Assembly (NCBI GenBank): GCA_964599895.1
Contig: CAZRHT010000001.1
Coordinates: forward strand, 33,727-97,726
DNA from: an uncultured Holophagae bacterium
Lineage (GTDB): Bacteria; Acidobacteriota; Holophagae; Thermotomaculales; Thermotomaculaceae
Direction of reading: 5' to 3'
DNA length: 64,000 nucleotides
Position 1 is the first letter of the stretch; each line of letters opens with the position of its first letter. Below the pieces are notes generated by a model. The model saw only the letters and a list, made by a program, of their open reading frames with translations, did no database searches and had not been told where the DNA came from. Shown piece after piece: positions 27,602 to 35,911 of the stretch. Made by a program: the position numbers and the translations under genes.

Positions 27602-28879
27602 ATGGGACATACAGTAATTGAAAAGATTTTCATGAATCATTCTTCGGATGAAGTGAAGCCGGGACATGTGATCTGGCTGGATATCGATACGCGCTCCGCA
27701 CGGGATTTCGGGGGTCCGAATGTCGTGAAACGGTTGGAGTCAGTGTATGGAGAAGATGTCCAACTTGCGGATCCCTCCAGGACGTTTTTCACCTTTGATT
27801 GTGTGGTCCCCGCAAACAATATTCCCTACGCGAACAATCAACAACTTTGCAGAGTGTTTGCGCGAAACAAAGGGATTAAGGTATATGACGTCGATTCGGG
27901 TATCGGTTCCCATGTGGCGGTTGAGAAGGGATTGTGCTGGCCGGGTTCAATTTACGTGGGCACTGACAGCCACCTGAATATCCTGGGAGCTGTGGGTTGC
28001 TTCGGTCAGGGAATGGGTGACGCGGACATCGCGTTTGCCTTTAAGACGGGGAGGACCTGGTTTGAAGTGCCGGAGACAATTAAAGTGGAGTTTATGGGGG
28101 AAGCATACCAGTATCCTGTAACAGCAAAAGATTTGACTTTGTGGACATTGAGGCATCTGGGGTCTCGAGGAGCTTTGGGTTGCGCGATAGAGTTTACCGG
28201 GGATGTGATTGACAGTCTGTCAATGCACGAACGAATTACACTTTCCAGTATGGTGACTGAAATGGGGGGCATCATTGGCTTTATTCAGCCAAGTGAGGAA
28301 ATTCTGGCTCATTTTCGAAAAGTGACCGGTAACGAAAGCGTATCCATGCCCTTGGCGGATCATGATGCTGAATACAAACGTGTGGAGCAGATTGACATTT
28401 CTGATTTAAAGCCACAAATTGCATGCCCGCCGAAACCGGACAATGTGAAGGACGTGAAAGAAGTAGTGGGAGAACAGGTGGACGCAGTATTTATCGGTTC
28501 CTGCACCAACGGAAGGGTGGAAGATTTTCACGCCGCTGCAAGAATTTTTTCCCGTTATCCGGTACATGAGGGTGTGATGGTGAAAGCCGTTCCCGCGACA
28601 AAAGGTGTTTTCGGACAGCTTCTCGCGGACGGGACTATTTCAACACTTTACAATGCGGGAGTGATCATCTCCAATCCCGGCTGCGGCGGCTGCGCTTCGG
28701 GACAGATCGGGATGACGGGAAAAGGGGAAGTCCAGATTTCCACTTCCAACCGCAATTTCCGAGGGAAACAGGGAGACGGGGACACCTACCTTGCAAGCCC
28801 CGTTGTGGCAGCTGTATGCGCGGTTACCGGAAGAATAACAGACCCGGTCGCATTTCTTGAAGAGGAGGAAGGGAGATGA
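27602..28879 (+). CDS. leuC: 3-isopropylmalate / homoaconitate dehydratase large subunit (aconitase family, ~420-aa type)
   Basis: 425 aa. Fe-S ligand motifs GSCTNGR and NPGCGGCASGQ. GGAG RBS. Confidence 0.8.
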   Translation: MGHTVIEKIFMNHSSDEVKPGHVIWLDIDTRSARDFGGPNVVKRLESVYGEDVQLADPSRTFFTFDCVVPANNIPYANNQQLCRVFARNKGIKVYDVDSGIGSHVAVEKGLCWPGSIYVGTDSHLNILGAVGCFGQGMGDADIAFAFKTGRTWFEVPETIKVEFMGEAYQYPVTAKDLTLWTLRHLGSRGALGCAIEFTGDVIDSLSMHERITLSSMVTEMGGIIGFIQPSEEILAHFRKVTGNESVSMPLADHDAEYKRVEQIDISDLKPQIACPPKPDNVKDVKEVVGEQVDAVFIGSCTNGRVEDFHAAARIFSRYPVHEGVMVKAVPATKGVFGQLLADGTISTLYNAGVIISNPGCGGCASGQIGMTGKGEVQISTSNRNFRGKQGDGDTYLASPVVAAVCAVTGRITDPVAFLEEEEGR

Positions 28880-29394
28880 AATTTTCAGGAAAAATCTGGG
28901 TACTGACAACCCCGGAAGGGTGCCTGGTAGATGATATTGATACGGACATGATTTTCCACAATCGCTATCTTGCGGAGACAGATATCGAAAAGATGGGACA
29001 GTATGCGCTGGACAATCTGGAAGGGTGGGAGGATTTTGCCAATAGAACCCGACCAGGGGATATTTTGATTGCGGGGAAAAACTTTGGTGCCGGTTCGTCC
29101 CGTCAGCAGGCGGTGGATTGTTTCAGGTCGCTGAAAATTGCCCTTCTGATTGCTGAATCTTTCGGTGCGATTTATAAGCGAAACGCAATCAATTCGGCCT
29201 TTCCGATCCTTGAAGCGCCGGGGATTGGCAGCGTGGGTTTTCAAACCGGGGATGTCGTTGACGTGAACAGTGAGACAGGAGCCATAAGAAGTGATAGAAA
29301 TGTTCTGTATCACGGACGTCCTTTTTCCAAGGTACAGTTAGACATTCTTTCTGCGGATGGACTGTTTCAATATGCCAGGGAGATGGAAAAGTAA
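28876..29394 (+). CDS. leuD: 3-isopropylmalate / homoaconitate dehydratase small subunit
   Basis: 172 aa. The ATG overlaps the large-subunit stop (ATGA). GKNFGAGSSRQQA swivel-domain motif. Confidence 0.8.
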   Translation: MKFSGKIWVLTTPEGCLVDDIDTDMIFHNRYLAETDIEKMGQYALDNLEGWEDFANRTRPGDILIAGKNFGAGSSRQQAVDCFRSLKIALLIAESFGAIYKRNAINSAFPILEAPGIGSVGFQTGDVVDVNSETGAIRSDRNVLYHGRPFSKVQLDILSADGLFQYAREMEK

Positions 29395-29570
29395 AAGAGA
29401 CGGCAGCTGAGGAATCCCGGAAGTAAAAATGGCTGATTTTGTCAGGGAATTAGTTTTATAATGTGAAAGTTGCCAAAAATCAGCCTTTCTGAGAAGTGAG
29501 GGTTTTTTATTCCATTTTTGAAAAGGCTGTGATATATTCAGGAAAACAATCTATTTGGGCGGGGTAACAA

Positions 29571-32500
29571 ATGGGAAAAAAAGTTTTGATTGTCAATTAT
29601 GAACCAAATCGGCTCTCCAGACTGAATGAATTGATTGTAGATCTCGGGTATGAGTCTATGACAGCCAAAAACGGCATGGAAGCGTTGGAGATGGTGGAAG
29701 ATTTTGTGCCCGATCTCGCCATTATTGATCCCATGCTTCCCAAATTGTCTGGCTTCGAGGTGGCCCAGAAATTAACATCAGAACATCCCGGTCTTCCCAT
29801 TATCATGGTTACGTCGGTATATAAGGGCAACCGGTATCGTACCGAGGCTGTGACCAAGTATGGTGTAAAGGAATATCTGGAAGAACCATTTGAAGATGAA
29901 ACGCTTCAGACACTGGTAAAGAAATATCTGGAATTATCTGAAGCCCCAAGAATGCCGAAGAAGAAGGCCTCCGCCCGCAGGCGCCTCGAAGAAATTCTTG
30001 AAGAAACGATGTCCGGTAAGGTCCCGGGAACAAAACCAACTTCTCACAAACCAAAAGCATCAGAGGAGCCAGTGCTGACTTCATCTGACATCTTCAGCGA
30101 TGTAATCAAAGATGTGGAAGAAGCACCCGGAACTCTGGGTGACGTGGGGAAGCTGGAAGATGAGCAGAAGAAGGGAAAAGATGTCCGTGAGCCTGAGGAG
30201 CCAGTTGTTGAGGATTCTTTAGAGCCGAATGGAAAGCTTGAATTGGAGGATAAACCCGAGTCCGAACCTGAGCCTGAGCCCGAGCCCGAACCTGAGCCCG
30301 AACCCGAACCTGAGCCCGAACCCGAACCTGAGCCCGAACCTGAGGTAAAGAAACAGGAGGCTGAAGTAAAATCAGAAACGCCTGAGCCAAGAAGAACTGA
30401 TAAAGAGACGAAAGGGAAAAAAGGGAAAGATGGTGAGGGGATTGAATATGGAAGTTATGTACTTCTGGAGAAGGTCGCGACAGGTGGAATGGCCGAGTTG
30501 TTCAAGGCGAAGCGCAGAGGAGTGCAGGGTTTTCAAAAGATTGTGGCTATCAAGAGGATTCTTTCTCATCTTGTCGATAATGAAGAATTTGTGACGATGT
30601 TCATTGACGAGGCTAAACTAGCGGCCCAATTGAATCATCCCAATATCGCACAAATTTATGACCTCGGAAAAATCGAAAATTCATTCTACATAGCGATGGA
30701 ATACGTGGAAGGCTACGACCTTCGCAATATCCTGAAGGAGTGCAAGAAAAAGAAGATACACATTCCAGAGCCTCTGGTTCTGTTCATAGCCAGCAAGGTC
30801 CTAAGTGCACTGGATTATGCACATCGGAAGAAAGGTCTGGATATGAAGGACCTGAAGATTGTTCATCGGGATATCAGCCCTCAGAATATTCTTATTTCCA
30901 AAGGCGGTGATGTAAAGCTGGTTGATTTTGGTATCGCGAAGGCCGCCACAAAAGCCAGCCAGACCCAGGCCGGAGCGCTGAAAGGCAAGCTTCTCTACAT
31001 GTCTCCGGAACAGGCATATGGAAAACCAATTGATAACCGTTCGGACCTTTTTTCGCTGGCATCGGTGATATATGAATCCATTACAGGAAGCAAGTGTTTT
31101 CTGGCGGACAGTGAGATCAGTATTCTGGAGAAAGTAAGAAAGGTTCAATATAAACCTATACAGGATGTGAATTCCGATGTTTCCAGTGGAACGGAATTGT
31201 TGATTCGCCAGGCATTCGCCAAGAAAATTGAAAACCGGTTTCAGAGCGCGAAGGAGATGGAGTCAGAACTTCACAGTTTGATGGAATCTCTGCCATTTGC
31301 TGTAAATGAAAGAATACTCGCGCAGTTTGTAAGTGCACTCTACCAAGGAGACACAAAAACAATTGAAGATATTTCCCGGCGATATACCGTTAAAGAGGAA
31401 GTTGTTCCTGAAGCTGTTGTTGAGGAAGCACCGGTGGAAGCACCGCCAGTGAGTGAGCCGGACCCGGCCGCTACGGTGACTCTGGATGATTTGGGCGAAG
31501 ACGAAGATGCCAGCGCAACTGTCAAAATGGATAGCAGCACCATGATTATGCCTGATCTGGAAGACGTGGAAAAGCATGATGATGAGTTGCTTGAGCAGTT
31601 CGGGGGCACAGACAGTGGCAGCAAAGCAGGTTTGATAGTTGCAATTGTGGTTGTGGCGGTTATTCTTGGTGTAATTGGCTATTTTGCTTTGATACGTAAG
31701 CCTGCTCCAGTTCAGCAGGTAAACAAGAAACCGCAGGTACAGACGGTTACGACACCGGAATCTGCGACTCCGACAACGGGCCCGGAAGATACGTCAAAAA
31801 TAGCGACAGGAAGCGAAAGCAAAGATGGGAATGCTGTCGAGCAGCAAGGAAACGCCCCTGCTGCAGTTCCGGCTGATCTGGGTATTGACAAAGAGAAGCT
31901 GGTTCAGCAGTTACTGAAAAAGAAACTTGCGGAAGAGGAAGCAAAGTTGAAACAGCAGCAGAAGATTCAGAAACCGACCCCAAAACCAACTCAAAAGCCG
32001 GTTAAAGAAAAAGCAATAGCTGAGAAAACGCCTGTTGCGGTGGATGTGACCAAACAGGAAACCAAATCTCCGGAAACAAATTCGACTGAAACAACAACAG
32101 CTCAGGCACCCAAAGTAGAACCAACAGATCAGACGCCCAAAACAGAGCCAGCAGCTGACGCTGAGAACAAGGCAACAGAAACGACAGATAATACTAAGAG
32201 TGAAGAGGGCAATGTTACGGCAAAGCCGGCAGTCAAGCAGCCGGTTCCCGAACCTGTCCAGGCGAAAACTGCGGAAACTAAACCAATTCCTCAGCCAATT
32301 GTTCCAAAAGTGAAGGAGGGTGATCTGGTTCCTCTCATTAAAGGACAAGTTATTTTTCCAACTCCGATAAAAACGGTCAAAGCGAGAATGTCTGTGATAG
32401 ATCGTCGGCGTCATTTGCACGGAGAAGTCCTTGTGCAGGGTCTCATTGATGAAAATGGCAATGTAGTGGCTGACGAAGTCCGGGTTCTCAGAACCTCGAT

Positions 32501-32621
32501 ACAGGGGCGCAACGGTCTGGGGAAGGCGGCAATTCGGGCATTCAGCGAGTGGAAGTTCACGCCGGCGGTAAAAGATGGCGTAAGGGTTAAAGTCTATTTT
32601 ACACACACGTTTGTGTTTTAA
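29571..32621 (+). CDS. Multidomain signalling protein: receiver (REC) - (Glu-Pro)13 linker - Ser/Thr protein kinase - TM helix - Pro/Thr/Lys-rich linker - TonB C-terminal domain
   Basis: 1016 aa. REC: nt ~29577-29924 (VLIVNYEP..., DLAIIDPMLPKLSG, acceptor Asp present). Kinase: nt ~30447-31290 (VAIKRIL, HRDISPQNIL at 30864, DFGIAKA, MSPEQ). TM helix: nt 31626-31694 (GLIVAIVVVAVILGVIGYFALI). TonB_C-like domain: nt ~32310-32618 (GEVLVQGLIDENGNV...AIRAFSEWKFTPAVKDGVRVKV). Confidence 0.85.
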   Translation: MGKKVLIVNYEPNRLSRLNELIVDLGYESMTAKNGMEALEMVEDFVPDLAIIDPMLPKLSGFEVAQKLTSEHPGLPIIMVTSVYKGNRYRTEAVTKYGVKEYLEEPFEDETLQTLVKKYLELSEAPRMPKKKASARRRLEEILEETMSGKVPGTKPTSHKPKASEEPVLTSSDIFSDVIKDVEEAPGTLGDVGKLEDEQKKGKDVREPEEPVVEDSLEPNGKLELEDKPESEPEPEPEPEPEPEPEPEPEPEPEPEPEVKKQEAEVKSETPEPRRTDKETKGKKGKDGEGIEYGSYVLLEKVATGGMAELFKAKRRGVQGFQKIVAIKRILSHLVDNEEFVTMFIDEAKLAAQLNHPNIAQIYDLGKIENSFYIAMEYVEGYDLRNILKECKKKKIHIPEPLVLFIASKVLSALDYAHRKKGLDMKDLKIVHRDISPQNILISKGGDVKLVDFGIAKAATKASQTQAGALKGKLLYMSPEQAYGKPIDNRSDLFSLASVIYESITGSKCFLADSEISILEKVRKVQYKPIQDVNSDVSSGTELLIRQAFAKKIENRFQSAKEMESELHSLMESLPFAVNERILAQFVSALYQGDTKTIEDISRRYTVKEEVVPEAVVEEAPVEAPPVSEPDPAATVTLDDLGEDEDASATVKMDSSTMIMPDLEDVEKHDDELLEQFGGTDSGSKAGLIVAIVVVAVILGVIGYFALIRKPAPVQQVNKKPQVQTVTTPESATPTTGPEDTSKIATGSESKDGNAVEQQGNAPAAVPADLGIDKEKLVQQLLKKKLAEEEAKLKQQQKIQKPTPKPTQKPVKEKAIAEKTPVAVDVTKQETKSPETNSTETTTAQAPKVEPTDQTPKTEPAADAENKATETTDNTKSEEGNVTAKPAVKQPVPEPVQAKTAETKPIPQPIVPKVKEGDLVPLIKGQVIFPTPIKTVKARMSVIDRRRHLHGEVLVQGLIDENGNVVADEVRVLRTSIQGRNGLGKAAIRAFSEWKFTPAVKDGVRVKVYFTHTFVF
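30258..30344 (+). repeat. In-frame imperfect GAR-CCN tandem repeat encoding E-S-(EP)13-E
   Basis: GAACCT, GAGCCT, GAGCCC and GAACCC units repeat 13 times, with a partial 18-nt superperiod. Confidence 0.9.
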
Positions 32622-32640
32622 TTATTTAAGGGGGTAACCT

Positions 32641-32880
32641 ATGGCATTTCTTAGTGATGATCAGAAAAAGTTTTACGAAGAGACACGGAAACACCTGCGG
32701 AATGAAATTGCCGACATTGAGAACCAGGTGGAAGAGGAATTGGCACGTGTGAAAGAAAAACTGGCGGAACTCCAAAAGGCAAAGAAGGCCGCGTTGCAGA
32801 TGTATGCGGGTGCTTGCGATCGCCTCAATGTGGACAACGATCTGGCAGGAGAAGAAGAATCTGAAGATATTGAAGAATAG
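32641..32880 (+). CDS. Small acidic coiled-coil protein, unknown function
   Basis: 79 aa, 19 nt after the kinase gene, with an AAGGGGG RBS. It has a heptad-like central region and an acidic tail (GEEESEDIEE). Confidence 0.5.
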   Translation: MAFLSDDQKKFYEETRKHLRNEIADIENQVEEELARVKEKLAELQKAKKAALQMYAGACDRLNVDNDLAGEEESEDIEE

Positions 32881-32916
32881 AGTGGAAGTCGTTTTTTCCG
32901 GCTCGGCCAATAATTA

Positions 32917-33693
32917 ATGAGCTTGTACAATTATCCTGAGTATTATGACGCTGCATTTAATTATCGCGATGTGGCTCTGGAATGTGATTTTATAGAGAAA
33001 AAAGCCAGCCTCTTTGGATTGTGTGAGAACAGTTCGATGCTTGATATTGCATGCGGGACAGGTGCGCATCTGGAGCAACTCGGCCGCCGTGGTTACGAAG
33101 TAGATGGGTTTGACATTTCTCCGCAAATGGTGGAATCTGCAATAAAGAAAAGTGAACTGGCCGGTCTGAACTCACATATCTGGGTTGATAATATGGTTGC
33201 ATTTGAGAATGATCGGAAGTACGGAGTTGCAATTAACTTGTTGACTGGCTTCAACTATCTGTTGCGAAATGAGGATGCCCTTGCTCATCTGGATCGCGTT
33301 GCGGACGTGCTGGAGAGAGGGGGCGTTTACATTGTTGAATTGTATCATCCAAGAGATTTCATAACTAATCGTCCATCCACAGCGAACACGTGGATGGAAT
33401 CCAGCGATCAAGTTGAAGTGGAAGTGGACTGGGATCGGGAACGGACAAATGTGGACGTGCTGACTCATCAAACAGAGTCATCACCTCATATTATTGTCAA
33501 GGATGGAGAGAAGAGCTTTTCCATTGACATGCGTGATAAATACAGGATTTACCTGTATCAGGAAATGCGGCTGATGATCCAATGCAACGGACGGTTTGAG
33601 CTGGTAGACGCAAGGGGTTCGTTTAAACTGGATAATCCCCTGGATAACAGCCGGGATTCCTGGAGGATGATACTGGTCTTGAGGCGAAAATGA
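32917..33693 (+). CDS. Class I SAM-dependent methyltransferase
   Basis: 258 aa with motif I LDIACGTGAH. It is followed by an acidic residue plus loop typical of the Rossmann methyltransferase fold. Confidence 0.8.
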   Translation: MSLYNYPEYYDAAFNYRDVALECDFIEKKASLFGLCENSSMLDIACGTGAHLEQLGRRGYEVDGFDISPQMVESAIKKSELAGLNSHIWVDNMVAFENDRKYGVAINLLTGFNYLLRNEDALAHLDRVADVLERGGVYIVELYHPRDFITNRPSTANTWMESSDQVEVEVDWDRERTNVDVLTHQTESSPHIIVKDGEKSFSIDMRDKYRIYLYQEMRLMIQCNGRFELVDARGSFKLDNPLDNSRDSWRMILVLRRK

Positions 33694-34154
33694 GGCAGAT
33701 TTCAGATGAGGAATGGAATGAAGTGTTTCTTGCCGAGAAAAAAGAACAGGAACATACTGAACGCAAACTCTTTGAACAGGCTCTGGTGGATAGCGCACCA
33801 GTAACAAAAACGAAGGACCCACTGCCACAAGCTTCAGCTAAAGTTGAGAACCTGGAAAGGACGGTTCGTAAGTCGATTTCTCCCGAGATTGATGCCAGTC
33901 TGGATCTTCACCTGAAAACAAAAGAGGAAGCGGCAACTGCACTTTATGCTTTTTTGCGTCACGCAGTGGAGGTTGGGGACCGGACTGCTCTGGTGATTAC
34001 GGGAAAGGGGCACCATTCTGACAAGAAGGGTGTGCTTCGCGAATATGTAAGGCAATGGCTCAAGGGTGACGGGCGTGAATGGATTCTCTGGTTCGCGGAA
34101 GCGCCGAGGGCGCTTGGCGGAAGTGGTGCCTGGCTGCTGCGACTGAAGCCATAA
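33690..34154 (+). CDS. Smr (MutS2 C-terminal-like) domain protein
   Basis: 154 aa. The ATG overlaps the methyltransferase stop (ATGA). The Smr block is LDLHLKTKEEA...ALVITGKGHHS...LREYVRQWL. Confidence 0.75.
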   Translation: MRQISDEEWNEVFLAEKKEQEHTERKLFEQALVDSAPVTKTKDPLPQASAKVENLERTVRKSISPEIDASLDLHLKTKEEAATALYAFLRHAVEVGDRTALVITGKGHHSDKKGVLREYVRQWLKGDGREWILWFAEAPRALGGSGAWLLRLKP

Positions 34155-34198
34155 CTCACCATAACAGCTTGTGTTCCTGGAGTTATATTTTCATGGAA

Positions 34199-35911
34199 TC
34201 AGTGAAGCCGTCCAAGAGCGCTTGATGTGTTTCCGGCAATATCTGTAACTCGTATCTTGTACCTTCCTTTTCTCAAATGGCGGTCAATCCACGCGATCTT
34301 TCGGTCGGGGTCATACTCCATCTTCCATGTTTTCTTTCCCCTTGAAAGAATGATGGTTGAATCGTCTACACCTTTTCCGACATCTGTAATATGCCAGGCG
34401 GTTCGATTTCTAAAAAAATAAGGGTTATTGTGAATAACCGGGGGAGCAGTATCCAGGAAGACTGCATACATGCCGTTTCTATAATCTTCGGCGTTGGCAT
34501 TGTGTTCTGTTTCGTTCAGTTCTGTTTCTCTGTATTTCCATTTCTTTTTTACATCATCATATCGAAACCAACCCATCCGAATATCGGCTACTTTCCAATG
34601 CATGACCAGGTTGAGTTGAGAGAGAAAGAGCTGACCCGGTTGGATTTCAATACCGGTATCGGGGACAATCAACAAGCCGGTTTCCTCAGGCAATTTGGAA
34701 ACGAAGCGTGCATAAATCAATCTGGGTGAAGTGTTATATCCTTTGGCTTCTATTGTTACATTACCCAGTCTAATTGTGGACGGTTTGAGTCCATAGGACA
34801 TTACTGTCCAGTCAGTGTCAGCAATGGGAACTAAGACGGGCTGATGAATCGACGTTGCAGGGAGAATCTGTCCATGGAGTAGCACTGAGGCTGTTGTCAG
34901 TGTTGTTGGGATTACCGGTTGGGCGGACAGTCCCTGCCAGTGGAAACGGAAATTAAGTTCAACCTTGTTGCCTGCAAAATCAATCGCGGATACCTGCATG
35001 AGATTCTGGCCTTTTTGCAATGTGGTTGGATATTGTTTCTGGCTTTGAAGATCGGAACCGGGTATGCGAAAGAGATTAAAACCGTAGGTGGATGGGCTAA
35101 GACGTGTTTGAGTTAAATCATACACAGCGGAGGATCGATTGAACCGATCGAAAGAGAATACCTGGGCCTGATAATCATAGAAGGGGTGATCATTCAATCT
35201 GGTGATGATACGTTGAATTGCCAGGGGACCCTTTCTGCCGTCTGTATCCCGAATGGTTACAGACATGAGAACACGGCCGGAAATGCGGAATGGTTTGACA
35301 GTGAAATTACCATCTTTTGAATGTTTAAGTGGAAGCCGGACAAATCTGCAATGTCCGTTGACAGTGCTTGACGGCGTTTCCGGGTAGAGATTCAAAAATT
35401 GAAATTCAGGAGCAGATTTGTCCTGATTGACTGAGAGACCGAAATTTGTCGGATTCACCGGCTCATTTTGCAAATTTCTCAGCTCAAAATGGAGATGAGG
35501 CCAACCGACACCACTTTCCCCTGAGTAAGCGATAACCTGTCCCTTTTGAACAGGAATCGGTTTTCGAGGAACAATGGTCCCTGGATACCGGGAATGACGA
35601 AGCTTGATGTACCGTGAGACGATCTTCTCAAGACGGGGAGTAAAGCGGTCCAGATGTCCGTAAACAGATACAAGTTTCCGCTTCGGGTGGCGAATATACA
35701 ATACCCTTCCATACCCCCGTTTCTGCACTTTGAGCATTACGATTTTGCCGTCGTCGAAGCAGTGTACGGGAAATCCCACCTTCCCATTGGTGGAAAGATC
35801 GAAACCGGCGTGGAGGTGCTGATTTCTGTATTCCATGAATGTCCCTGAAATACCGTAGTTGGCAGACAGTGGCCAGTAGCCCAGCAATAACAACAGAACC
35901 ATTCCTGTCAT
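34199..35911 (-). CDS. M23 family metallopeptidase with ~400-aa C-terminal extension of unknown fold
   Basis: 570 aa. HAGFD (HxxxD) and PHLHFE (HxH) motifs lie in the first ~160 aa. An N-terminal signal-like segment is present. The ATG overlaps the upstream regulator stop (ATGA). Confidence 0.8.
   Translation of the reverse strand: MTGMVLLLLLGYWPLSANYGISGTFMEYRNQHLHAGFDLSTNGKVGFPVHCFDDGKIVMLKVQKRGYGRVLYIRHPKRKLVSVYGHLDRFTPRLEKIVSRYIKLRHSRYPGTIVPRKPIPVQKGQVIAYSGESGVGWPHLHFELRNLQNEPVNPTNFGLSVNQDKSAPEFQFLNLYPETPSSTVNGHCRFVRLPLKHSKDGNFTVKPFRISGRVLMSVTIRDTDGRKGPLAIQRIITRLNDHPFYDYQAQVFSFDRFNRSSAVYDLTQTRLSPSTYGFNLFRIPGSDLQSQKQYPTTLQKGQNLMQVSAIDFAGNKVELNFRFHWQGLSAQPVIPTTLTTASVLLHGQILPATSIHQPVLVPIADTDWTVMSYGLKPSTIRLGNVTIEAKGYNTSPRLIYARFVSKLPEETGLLIVPDTGIEIQPGQLFLSQLNLVMHWKVADIRMGWFRYDDVKKKWKYRETELNETEHNANAEDYRNGMYAVFLDTAPPVIHNNPYFFRNRTAWHITDVGKGVDDSTIILSRGKKTWKMEYDPDRKIAWIDRHLRKGRYKIRVTDIAGNTSSALGRLH

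Noticed and set aside
30258-30344. The tandem repeat, considered as a CRISPR-like or non-coding microsatellite.
   Set aside because: The period is 6 nt with no spacers. It is in frame inside a long ORF and encodes (EP)13.
31911-32606. A 231-aa minus-strand ORF rich in Phe/Leu/Arg/Cys.
   Set aside because: It is antisense to the low-complexity linker and TonB_C part of the kinase gene. The open frame is an artefact of the biased codon content there.
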